In this document: piece by piece, positions 51,866 through 64,000 of the stretch
How positions within the stretch are numbered: position 1 is the first letter of the stretch
Layout: the number at the start of each line of letters is the position of its first letter
NCBI GenBank assembly: GCA_964016885.1
Contig: OZ024745.1
Coordinates: forward strand, 114,762,001 to 114,826,000
From: Eledone cirrhosa
Lineage: Eukaryota
Direction of reading: 5' to 3'
DNA length: 64,000 nucleotides
Translations under genes and position numbers: made by a program
The notes under the pieces: generated by a model
Told to the model about the DNA's origin: nothing
The model's database searches: none
What the model saw: the letters and a program-made list of their open reading frames with translations, nothing else

Positions 51866-52170
51866 ATAGAACACGTGAAGAAGAGCTTAAGGCAGAGACA
51901 AATGAACTAGAAGAAGAACTTTTGGCTGTCAACCACATAAATTCAAGCCTAATTTTGAATACTACTCCATTAGAAACAGCTGGATCTCCTGTTTTACCTG
52001 GCAACTACACGTTTCGAGCTCTTAATTTCGATGAATCTAGCTTAGATGGGGATTTCAATGTGAAATATGATGATCTGAATATCAGAGACCTTGATCACAG
52101 ACTGAAGATACAAGCTCCAGCCTCAAATTATAACTTTAAAACATACAGCTATTATGTTAAGCGGTACTGA
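51866..52170 (+). CDS. BTB/NPH3-like gene, terminal exon
   Basis: TTCCAG acceptor; phase 1 gives DRTREEELKAETNELEEELLAVNH...YYVKRY-stop (short predicted coiled coil); AATAAA downstream. Confidence 0.78.
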
Positions 52171-52217
52171 TTGAAAATGTGTTGGATGTATTTCACTTTT
52201 AAAAATATACAAACTAT

Positions 52218-52223
52218 AATAAA
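52218..52223 (+). terminator. Candidate polyadenylation signal of BTB gene
   Basis: AATAAA about 50 nt after the stop codon; a second copy at 52287-52292. Confidence 0.45.
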
Positions 52224-54137
52224 AATAACATCTTTCTGAACCATTAAATGTAATTATTGAATCCATTGATATTTACATTCATTTCTAATAAATAATATAA
52301 AGAAAACAACAACAGCACCCCCTTTTTCATCATTGTTTAACATCTATTTCCCCTGGTAGCAAGTAAAGCCACTGACTTCGAGGTGGGCTAGGGGCCTGAC
52401 ATATGATTCTGTGCTCTACCAAGTGTATTTTATCATGGTACCAACATTAAGTAAGTTGTCATGTCTTTGACACAGCCGAAGAGTCTCCCCAATCGCCTAA
52501 TCCTTTGTCTGGCATCTTTACACTACAGTTGGATGCCCTTCCTATTGCCAATCACTTTATAGAGTGTACTGGGTGCATTTATCATATAGATTACCAACAC
52601 TGGGGAGATTGTTATAAGTCTGTGGAACATTATCATGTAGATCACGAATACTAGTGTGGTAGTTATGTATATAGTACATTATCATGTAGATCACCAAAAC
52701 CAGGGTGGTTGTTATGTCTATGGCTGTGGGGCTACAGAGCTGGAAGTGCAGGGATCAGTTTTGCTGGAAGCAAGGGGTCAGTGACGTCACATTGGAAGTG
52801 GGAGCCATGTCTTGGTCTTGCAGCTGCGATCAAGTGTGGACACGTCGTATGACTTGTGCAAATGAGTGTATGAGTTTTGCAATGTTCTCTAGCCAGATGT
52901 GAAGCAGGTGAGCATCAGGCAGGGAGATTCAGTTTGGACATGAAATATATACCTTCACTTCTTACGACAAACTATTTCAACATCAATTTTTCTATTTTTA
53001 TTTACTTTCTCTGACTTGCAGAAGATATGGAGATAAAGCTAAGGATTGGTAGTGATGCAATCAGGGCCTCTTGTGGTGAGGGAGGTGTTATTGTATGGAG
53101 TTCATGCATACATTTAAGCTTCTCACTGATTTTGTCCCCTTGTAGTGTGCTTCCTTCATCAACCTTGAATCAAATAAAGAAGCTACTACAACTACCACCA
53201 CTGCCACTATCACCCATACTAAGAGGTCTCAAGCCACTTAGAAAGGTTTAGGTTAAACGTGAAACCACTGGAGGTAATGGGAAATTAGTGGGTCATTATC
53301 CAATTGTGGGGTAGCTCCAAACAGCATGCACCTATGTCTTGATATAGCTGCATGCTGAGTGGATGGGGTGAACTGGGGAGAGAGAGTGGGAGAGAGGATG
53401 GGGGCATGATGTGGGAGATCGTGGAAAGGGTAGGGGCAGAGAATACAGCGAGAAAGTTGGTATGTACCCAAATTGGAGAATGCGACCGTCTAACCCATGC
53501 TAGTGTGGAAAATGGACATTAAACAATGATGATGAAGATGGTGCAATGCCAGCTGCATAGTGCTAGGTGTTGTTCTGAAAATAGGGGGCTTTGAGGCTGA
53601 GGATGCAGCCTGGCTCAGGAAGAAGGACGACTGCAACCACATGAACATGGCTGAATTGGATGCTTTCTGAATCTCACCCTAAAATGGTGACTGTGAACTA
53701 TAGAGATTTGTACTGATTCGGGCACCATACTCGGATGGGTGAGATCAGTACTAACCAGTGAGAGGTGAGTGTGAACAAAAAAGCAGCAGAGATGCTAATA
53801 AAGCTCTGGGAAAGCTAGCTGCTGAGGTTATCCTAAAGGTGAACGTGGCACAACTGAAGAGCCCTCTCATAATGTGTAGTATTCTGCCAATATAAGAAAT
53901 TGATAATTGAGCAGGCATATAGGACATAGCATTATACAAAATGTATTGCAGTATTTCTCTTCATCATCATCATTTAACATCTGCTTTCCCAGCTGGTAAG
54001 GATTGGGCAAGTCTTCACAGACTGATTTCAACATACAAGCAAGAATACAATGACCAACGTTATTTCCTACATGAAATCTTGTCAAGTGCAAGGGAAATAA
54101 TAATAAAGTCTGTAAGTTTATCTTTTTGAATGTAATT

Positions 54138-55184
54138 ATAATTGTTTCTACTTTTGGCACAAGGCCAGCAATTACCCAGTACATTACTGGTACTTTATTT
54201 TATCGACCCCCGTAAGGATGAAAGGCAAAGTTAACCTTGGCGGGATTTGAACTCAGATCATAAAGGAACGTAACTATGCTGGAAAGCATAGTATCCAACC
54301 CTCTACCGATACTGCCAATCCACTGTGTGTATGTGTGTTTCTGATTTCCTGTGTATAATTACATGGATTATTGTAGAGAAAGCATTTTTTTATTAAGGTG
54401 TAGGTGTTGTTAAATATTTACATGTTGTGTATTTGTGTATTTGTGTGTGGGTGGGGGAGGGGAGTATTTACGTTTGTATTATTTATATACATAATATTAA
54501 ATTCAAATTAAAAAAAAATTGACTTCAAATCCCATGGAGATTGATTTTGCCTTTCATCTTTGCATATTTGTGTTTTCTTTTTCTGAACATATTAGGTTAA
54601 GTATATGAAAACATTTTTTAAGTATATGAAAAATTTTTTTTAGATAAATAAACAAAAAAAAAATAGTAAACCATATTTAGAAAATAAAATGAGTCATGGA
54701 AAATAACCCCAGTGAGTGAATACCACGGATATGGAATAAGTTAAAGGGTGATGTATTGAATGATGGGTACAAAACATTCTAAATCAATTAAAATTTCCTT
54801 CCCTTGAAAATGAAAACAAAAACTTGGTGATAACTGTTAACAATTCTTAGGAAACAGAGGATATAATATAAAGAAATTAAGAATTAATTTCACAAAAGTG
54901 ATTTAGAAGAAAATCTGATGTTTGTTTACAAGCAAAAGAACAGATAAAGGTATGTTTTGGTCTTATTCAAATTTGTCAGTGAAGCGTTTAGTTTTAGGAT
55001 GGTTAGAATTTTTTTTATTTAGTACCTGTATTGTATAACTTATCAATTCCAATTACTTGCAACAAGCTAACTTTATCTAAAATTGAGAATTTACTGTGTA
55101 TTCTAATCTTTTATGTACGAGGGGCTCCCTAAACCTGAAGTGACCCCGCCCCCCGGTCTAAATCCAACCCTTGTGTGCATGTAT

Positions 55185-55215
<31 letters not shown>

Positions 55216-57215
55216 GAGGGATGTGTGTGTGTGTGTGTAAGTGTGCATACTGAACTTATGGTAACTCTCCAGCAAAGTGTCATTATTGCAGACAGGGCGG
55301 TGGATTGGCAGTATCGGTTGAGGGTCGGACGCTATGCTTTGCAGCATAGAGTTACGGCCCTTTATGATCTGAGTTCAAATCCCGCCGAGGTTAACTTTGC
55401 CTTTCATCCTTACGGGGTCGATAAAATAAAGTACCAGTAATACACTGAGATAATTGCTGGCCTTGTGCCAAAAGTAGAAACAATTATTGCAGAACAAAAT
55501 AAACTACTTACAAAGTTGTTTCCCTTTATTATATAGTCTACGGTAGAGGGTCGGGCGCCATGCTTTGAGGCATAGAGTTACCTCCCTTTATGATCTGAGT
55601 TCAAATCCCGCCGAGGTTAACTTTGTCTTTCATCCTTACGGGGTCGATAAAATAAAGTACCAATAATGCACTGGGATAATTGCTGGCCTTGTGCCAAAAG
55701 TAGAAACAATTATATAGTCTAAGCTGACACTCTTTTTGTATAAATTTCATTTCATTTCTCAAGATTTCAAGTTCTACTCAGGCTTTATGTAAAACCCAAA
55801 GCCAGTTTTATAAAGCAGTGGATTCCTTTCCTAATGAACTCAAAATGAGATTTTAACGAAAGGAAAATGCACACGCACACATATATATATAAAAAATGGG
55901 TATGTTTAGGAAGCCGTTAGAAGGCAGGTGAGTTTGAAATACCAAGGTAGCAGGCCAGAAGGGAATTGAGAAAGGTGAGGTAGGAAGCAAACAGGGGGAG
56001 AAAAATGAAAATAAAAGGGACAAGAATGACTGTTTGGACAAGAATGATTGATTGTTACCTGACCTGTTGCTTTGGTATTTCAAACCCACCTGCATTGTGA
56101 CAGCTTCCTAAACATACGCAAATATATATGAAAATTTAAAAAGTGGGTGTGTGTTTGTGTGCGTGCATTTTCCTTTCCTTTCATTAACATCTCATTTTGA
56201 GTTCATTAGGAATCCACTACACAATTACCAACTGAATTTGACCAAATTTTCTGTGCACGTTCCACAGGTCGATAAGATTGTTACATCACAAACATTTTTC
56301 AAATCGACCCACGTTGAGCAATAAAAAATCGATATCAAAATTATGTGTAGAAAAATTGATGTAAGGGAGATAACAAACTTTATTGACAATCCTTATAATA
56401 AAGGGAGATAACCCTTTCACCAAATATATTCGTTTGCATTAATTATTGAAGACTTCTGCTTATTTTGACAGGTTGGGGACAAATAATGTTCTTTTACTTC
56501 CTAGCTGTATATTCTTAACATAATTTCAAACCCCGAGCAACGCCGGGTAAATCCGCTAGTTATATATATAAATAAATAGACATCTACACCCACACACATA
56601 TATTATATAAATAAGTTCTCATCACAAATGCATGCTACCTATGGTTTCATACTCCAACTAGCATAAGACAGACACATTTTATCTAGGCCCATATCATTAG
56701 GGTAACGATGTTGGAGTACACTTTGAGGACTTAAAGCATTCTCATTATTACAAGAGTGAGGGCAGTGGATTGGCAGAGTCAGTAGAGTGTCAGACAGCAT
56801 GCTTTGCGGCATAGAGTTACAGCCCTTTACTTTCTGAGTTCAAACCCTACTGAGGTTAGGTTTGCCGTTCATCCTTATGGGATCAATGAAATAAAGCACC
56901 AGTAATGCACAGAGGTCAAGTTAATCGACCTTCACATCTCCCAAAAACTTGTTGAGCTTGTGCTTAAATCAGAAACCATTATTAGAACATTTGTAAGGGA
57001 CTGGATTGTCAGTATTGGTAGAGTCTTGGACAACATGCTTTGTGGCATATAGTTATGGCCCTTTATATTCTGTGTTCCAATCCTGCCAAGGTTAGCTTTG
57101 TCTTTTATGCTTACAGGGTCAATAAAATAAAGCACCAGTAATGCCCTGGGTCAATTTAATTGACTTTCCCCATCTCTGTAAAATTGCTGGCCTTGTGCCT
57201 AATGTAGAAACTTAT
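54138..57215. mobile_element. Dispersed SINE copies of the same family
   Basis: Copies near 54138-54323 (-), 55296-55489, 55540-55713, 56762-56975 and 56998-57215 (+). Confidence 0.85.
55816..56220. repeat. Foldback element with ~145-bp inverted arms
   Basis: CCTAATGAACTCAAAATGAGA / TCTCATTTTGAGTTCATTAGG and GTTTGAAATACCAA / TTGGTATTTCAAAC. Confidence 0.85.
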
Positions 57216-60108
57216 TACAATTGTTATTAATCCAATTTTTTCTTTTCTTTTTTAAATCTAAATAAAACTTCCATCTATTTCCTCTCCTCCAAGATTTTCA
57301 CTCTTATATTCTACATCTACTCTATTTCCCTTTCTCTCAATTTTATCTTCTGTCCCTCTCCCTCATGTCTTTTTTTCTTTCTTCCATCCTCATTCCCTCA
57401 CTTTTTCTATCATCCATTTTCTTTGTCTTTTCCTCTCTGACAATTAGTTGTAAAATAAAATGGCCAGATTTTCTTATATGTATATGGAAATATATATAAC
57501 TGAATTTGAATATATTGCTTCTTTATTAAGCAAAACAATTTTTACCATTACTTGTCAGATGATGTGGTAAATATATATATTTTATTTTGTGGGTATTCAT
57601 TCTTTAATTTCTGAATACAATCTGGGTTCAATTATTCTTAGGGAATCAGCCCGATCAATTGGAGACAGTTGCTTCTAATAGGACCCCACTGGAAAGCATG
57701 TCTGAGGACTTTGCTCCTACAACCCTCCCATGAAGAAGAAGACCTTGGAAGTTGATATTTGTGGGATCCCAACAAGAGAGTAGGGCATAATAATACTAAA
57801 CTTTGTAATTAAATAATTAAGAAAGAAAAAAGAGCAATCAAATAATAAATATTTCTTAAGAACAATAGCGATAGGTTAAACTTTAAAATGTTTTACTCAC
57901 CGTAAAATATGAAGAACCAGAGAAAACCGTCAGGATAGTTAACTGTGTATGTGGTGAACATAGCGTTTTATATATATGCTACAATTAATGCATTCAACCA
58001 CAAAATGTATCTATCTAATTGACAATCACTCCTTTTATGATTGTTTAGTGAAGAGGTCATTGTGCAGACATTGTTATTGCTTGCACTTGACATTTCAATG
58101 CAATTATTTTATTAACCATAACTATATCACTCTCAATGTAACACTCCATATCTATTTCTTAGTGTTTACTGCTGTGAATGTTATTTATTTATTTTTACAA
58201 AAGAAATATGCCATGTTAAAATTTGACAGCTCATGAATGTTGTGTGACTTCTCATTTCTCAAGATAGCTTATACAAATATATAGAAGCAAAGAGATAAAT
58301 AGTTTAGCGAAACATACACATTGCTTTAACCCTTTGGCATTTACATTAATCTATATTTACTATTGTATTTTCACGGTAAACACTTTATTTCACATAATTA
58401 CCTGACATAATATCGAATCTATGAGATTTTGATATTATTTATTGTGAGAACAATATCTTAACATCAGTATGAGCAGCCAGTTAGAGTCACTTTCAATAGA
58501 AAGATGTGAGAGAATTCTGGCTGGATACGGCTGGTTTAAATGCTAAAGGGATAATTAAACACCCAGATTCCTTATACAACTGTTTTATTTAAAAAAGGAT
58601 TAAAATAATAAACAGGAAGAGAGAAAAAAAATAATAAAAAAAGAAGCTGGAAGGAAGGGTGTAAACTCTTCACCCTTGGCTGTGTAGTATATCTCAGCTG
58701 TGCCTTGAAGACAAGATGGTGAAATATTTGTCACAGAGAACAGACAGCAACACATAAGCCATTCCACTTCATGGGGGTTCCTTCTTCATGTGGGATGCAC
58801 TCCTCACAATTTTACAGAGGTCTCAATGGTAACCAGCATGAAAAGGAAGGTCAGTCAAGTTCTGGTATTTGTTTATCTTCTGCTCCTTTGCATTATGGGT
58901 AACAATGCTGTGTTAGTGACTGAAGTGGCAATATCATTTCTTTATATTACCTTTCTTTTAACACTTAAGCTGTTGTCCTGAAATGCTGCAAATTGTCTAA
59001 GTTCTCTCTTCAAATATAATACTTCACTCAATTTTTCTTTTAACAGCTCCCTCAGTGAAATTCTATTTTATTATGGTTATATATCATTTTCAGGTCAGGC
59101 TTTTGCCCGCTACCATATAACCTAGTACAAGCTGCCTCTTGATCTGGTGAGAAGAGTAAGTGGAACCCCAGCAGCACAAAAAATAAGAACTGTTAAAAGG
59201 GCAGTTGAACTCATCAGAGTCAACAGCCATCCACCCCAACTATGTGTTAAATAGCCTCACCAACCTGCAATTGGCCAAGCAATGACCAAAACCAAACAGA
59301 GTGTAGTGGAGGTCAACCAGGGAGGGGTTCTTCCAACAAGAATGAAAAGGCCCTGGATTGGATATATCATATTCAAATTTAGTATTTTGTCAACATTGTA
59401 TGACTTCCTATTTTTCAGGGTTTCTCACATATACTTCAATCAACTAGGTGGTTAATTTTGCCTTTATTTTTAAAGGTAAACCCTCACCTATAAATACTGG
59501 AAATAGTGTAAGCCTTATCTCTTACTATCTCTATCCTCTATGATTATGTTATGAGGGAGATAGGTCATTTTTCTCTCATATCACTCTGTAGGTAGACAAT
59601 TGACAGAGTTGTTAGAATGCTTTGCAGCATTTGTTCCAGCTCTCTGCTATCTGAGTTCAAATCCTGTCAATGTCAACTTTGCCTTTCATCCTTCCGAGGT
59701 TGACAAAAAAAAGTACCAGTCTCTAGTATTGGGGTTGATTCTTCCTCCATATTGCTTTCTCACTTCCTCTCTCACTTTCTATCCTTCTTAGCTGTGTTCA
59801 AAGCTGGAGAGGGATGGGCTTAAAATGTCCAAGAAACTCTGTATGCCACTATGGCATCCTTACGGCTTCATCAGGAGTTACGGGACCATACCATATCACT
59901 GTGTATGCCTCTCTGTCTTTTGCTTTGTAGCTCTGTGAAAATTTATTTTACTAAATAGTTATACCATGTTGTAATTTAGTGATTTGTAAATGTTGCATGT
60001 TTACCTATTTATTAACGATACTTGTAAGTAGCTTCACAAGCTAAGCAATTAATTATCATCTGTTTACTTTTACAATTATTATGGCAGTTAAATGATTACT
60101 CTGAGATA

Positions 60109-60152
<44 letters not shown>

Positions 60153-60154
<2 letters not shown>

Positions 60155-60992
60155 ACAATATATAGAGGGGAAAGACACAGAAGAGTGTGTTTTTCTTTAC
60201 AGGAATTTCAAACCACCAGCGTGAAGAGAATATAAGCTACTAGAGGCATAGGAAACACATTAAAATTAAAAGTATAAATTAAAATGAGAAACCAACCTCA
60301 TATCTAAGTCACACATGTACAAACTCCCAGGAGAATGTTTCGCCATTTAAGTGGGTTCCAAGTTAAAGTTCCCAGGAAAGAGTTTTCCTGGGCACTTTAA
60401 CTCTTCACACTGGTGGTTTGAAATTCCTGTAAAGAAAAACACACTCTTGTGTCTTTCCCCTCTATATATTGTATTTTAAAGTGCCCAGGAAAACTCTTTC
60501 CTTTGAGCTCATTTAATTACAGGATTATACGCGAGTCCTTTGCTCCGTTATTTTACTTGATATTTGCTCCTTGCCCTCTCTCTGCTGTTGAGCACCATAA
60601 ATTGAATAGTATAGGCTGCCATCTCTAGCAGCTTGTTCTGTTCATGCCACCGGTTACTGCCTCGCGCACGCATTTCCCTTATATCTACATGTGCAAAGGG
60701 TAGTTTACTTTAGTTCTCTCTAGTAGTGCGGACAATATCGGCCTTCCATTTAAAAGTATAAATTAAAATGACCCATACGGCCGAATTGGAACCCACTTAA
60801 ATGGCGAAACATTCTCCTGGTGAGTTTGTACATGTGTGACTTAGATATGAGGTTGGTTTCTCATTTTAATTTATACTTTTAATTTTAATGTGTTTCCTAT
60901 GCCTCTATTAGCTTATATTCTCTTCACGCTGGTGGTTTGAAATTCCTGTAAAGAAAAACACTCTTCTGTGTCTTTCCCCTCTCTCTCTATAT
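60153..60992. mobile_element. Young nested inverted-repeat insert in (TA)n
   Basis: 60160-60360 is a near-perfect reverse complement of 60787-60985; internal partial copy at 60401-60473 and a nested small hairpin at 60361-60401. Confidence 0.85.
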
Positions 60993-61034
60993 ATATATAT
61001 AGGAAAATGTGTGAAATCCTTGGTACAGTTAGGT

Positions 61035-61195
61035 ATATTTGAAAAGAAAGAAAAGAATGACTTCACTTGTAGTTCTAAACAATTTGATTTAATTTTATAA
61101 TATTACAATTTTACAATTTAGTGTAAATTAATATAAAATTAAATCAAATTGTTTAGAACTACCAGTGAAGTCATTCTTTTCCTTTTTTCAAATAT
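61035..61195. repeat. AT-rich palindrome
   Basis: GAATGACTTCACTTGTAGTTCTAAACAATTTGATTTAATTTTATA and its reverse complement. Confidence 0.9.
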
Positions 61196-61689
61196 ATATA
61201 TATATCATCATTCATCATCTGTTTTCCTTGCTAGCAAGGGTTGAATGGGTCATCACAGACCAAGCCAGCAATTAAGTGGAGTCATTGACCTTTCAAATGG
61301 GCAGCAGGCCTATATTTCACAATGTACTCTACTGAAGCTCAGCTTCTTATGTGGCTGCATTCAACCAAGTGCATTTTCTCGTGGCACCAGTACTAGGGAA
61401 GTCATCATGTCTTTGATACAGCTGAAGAGTCTTCCTGACCCTTTGTCTGGCAGGCTTTCTACAGCTGGATACCTATCTTATTACAAACTACTTTACAGAG
61501 AGTAGAGAGTTCATTTTATGTTGCACCAACACTAGAGAAGTGAGAAGGATGGGTCATTTTTATCTATGTAAAGTGGAGTATACTATTGATGTAGTCATTC
61601 TCAAATAGGAAAGAGGCTTGGAAATAATACTACACGAGGTGACTGAATAAAGATAATACATAGGAGAAAGAGGGACCAGCTCCTGAAGT

Positions 61690-62780
61690 TGACAGCTAAA
61701 CAGTGCAAGAATAAGGATATGAAGGCTGGACCATTAGGAATAGCTGAGGAGAAGTTGATAATAACCAGCAAAGGAGACAATAAGCTAGTTACTTGTATAT
61801 TCAGTCAAGTAATACAAGAAGGTGTCATACACAATGACTGGTACAGGAATATCAACTGTTACACAACACATGAAATTGAAGAACCAGGTTATAAAAGTAA
61901 CAAAGAATAAAAATGCAACTGATTAGGAAGAGAATTAGCTTTGATGGGATGCAGTTTCGTTTTGTTTCAGGACAAAGTGCGATTGATTCCCTCATCATCC
62001 TAGTAGGACAACTTCCTAGCAGTTGTTGATTTGGTAAAGACCTTCAATAGAGTGCCACACCTTTTTTCTGGTAACTTCTATGAAAACTAAGTGTAGATGA
62101 ATGGCTTGTGAAAACATTGCAAACCATGTATAGAGATGTCACTAGTAAGGTGAGTGTTATCAATGGGTTCAGTGAGGAATTTAGCATGCTGATAGGTGTC
62201 CACCAGTGTTTAGTTCTCAGCCCCTTCCTGTTGAATATGGTTCTCCAAGCCATAATTACTATATTTCTAATGAAATACACTGCCTGTATGTTTCATTTAA
62301 TTTTGAAAATAACCAAAAATTTTGACAAAATTAATAAAAAGACAAAGTTTTCATTAATAAGCTAATATTTAGAATATTACTTAACAAAAATTTAAAAAAT
62401 AAACTTATGAACAGTTTTGTATCATAAATCTAAGGTAGCTTTAGGCAGTTTGGTATCAAAAGAATTAATTTTGGCTGTCCATGGGAACATTTGGTTCTTG
62501 TAACTGAATCTGTTGAAGTGTTAGAGAGGAGACTGAAAGGGGAAGCAAAAGAAGATAGAACTCTATGACTATGTAAGAAGTGGCCATGCTCCATATGTGA
62601 AAATGAATTCAGATTCATAGAAGTGGGTACCTTCAGTTATCTATGTGACAATATTAGTAGTGTAGCAAGTGTTCTAGCACATGGTAACTAGAGTAAGAAT
62701 GTGGTAGAAAGATTTAGGGAGATATTATAACTGTTGGCAACAAAGGGATTCTTTCCTTGAGTAAAAAGATGTTTGTGTAG
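61690..62780 (+). mobile_element. Decayed RTE LINE RT region interrupted by an AT-rich MITE fragment
   Basis: QTMYRDVTSKVSVINGFSEEFSMLIGVHQCLVLSPFL; resumes as GCPWE near 62474 after a ~62258-62470 insert. Confidence 0.75.
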
Positions 62781-62853
62781 GAAGAGTGGTATTAAGAATT
62801 GCATGTACTAGCTATAAGCTAATAATCCCTTTGTGGACAGAAAACAAGTAATC

Positions 62854-62900
62854 TATCTCTGATGAGATATTAAAAAACACTGAAACTAGTCAGCTCGATA
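62854..62900 (+). ncRNA. Minimal hammerhead-like motif
   Basis: CT-CTGATGA-G-ATATTAAAAAACAC-T-GAAAC-TA-GTC-AG; core intact, stems eroded. Confidence 0.6.
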
Positions 62901-63792
62901 TGTTTTTTTTTTTTTTGTGTGTGTGTGTGGGGGGGGGGGGACAATAAGTGAATTTCAGTGTGACACTAAGTCAAGTCATATATTCACTAAAGCCAAATTC
63001 ATAAATTTACCATATATTTCTACATGTGTGGGTGGGTGTGTCTATCAATTCTGTGTTTATTTCAAATAATATATTAAAAATGATGAAAAATAAAACAAAA
63101 ACAATATTTGAAATTTATATGAAATTAATTTTTTTTTAAATACCAGTGTAAACAGTTGTGTCCCCTAAAAACGATAATATCGATAATAATAGATACCAAA
63201 ACTTTTCATTTTTAATTGCTTCCCAAATCAAATGATATTTAAAATAAATTAACAGTAATTAAAAATATAGAAAAAGAAATATCAAAACCACACACACATA
63301 TATATAAATATATGTACATACATACATACATATATATATATATACATACATATATATATATACATACATATATATATATATATATAAATACATATACATA
63401 TATGTGTATATATGTGTGTATATATATACATATATATTTATACACACACATACATACATATAGATAGATATATAGTTGGTATATTACTAGTTAAAACCAG
63501 TAAGACCATTGTTCAGCCTAGTACTCTATATCATCATCATGAAACGCCCATTAAATGATGATATGTGTATATATATATACTTTCCCTTAGTATTTGCTGT
63601 TGTTGTCTACTGTAAGAGGCATACATACTGTCTACATGAATTGTTCGCAGTCATTTCTTCTAAATTTAGAGAGTCCACTCTGAAAGACAGAATTCATTTC
63701 TTGTATAACTGATTTGGAATAAAGTCCTACCTCAGATAATTCCACTTGTGCTGCCTTACTGCAAAAGTGCAAATGTAACTTTGCTAAATTCC

Positions 63793-63841
<49 letters not shown>

Positions 63842-64000
63842 CACAGTAAAGAGAGAAAAGCACATATATATGTGTGTGTGTGTGTGCTCAAATCATGAGG
63901 AATTTGATTATAAGGGGATATTGTGAGTTTTTAACTCAACATTTTAATTTGATATATTGGGCTCCTGTTCTTTAGTAGAACTATATTATGTTGAATGGTT

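Overview
AT-rich eukaryotic genomic DNA, very likely a cephalopod (octopus). That assignment is an inference from the dense (TA)n/(CA)n/(ATG)n microsatellites, RTE LINEs and tRNA-derived SINEs. Three protein-coding loci are supported. (1) DNAJB11/ERdj3 on the minus strand: nine GT-AG exons join in frame from ATG 21278 down to 454, and the last exon lies outside the window. (2) A disrupted short-chain dehydrogenase (32591-33379, minus) with an enoyl-ACP-reductase-type Y-x6-K motif. (3) A gene with three coding exons (43836-52170, plus; 603 aa by my exon joining) encoding a BTB protein resembling the plant NPH3/RPT2-like (NRL) family. The remainder is transposon debris: RTE, CRE-like, R4/Dong-like, Penelope GIY-YIG, SINEs, TTAA MITEs and Helitron/Helentron-like elements. 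The main signal not explained by the ORF track is a dispersed set of about nine type I hammerhead-ribozyme-like motifs. Most have palindromic stem III, several sit in non-coding tandem or inverted Penelope/retrozyme-like inserts, one pair is mirror-image, and two unrelated copies share a non-canonical CCGANGA core. Everything was read by eye, and repeat boundaries are approximate.
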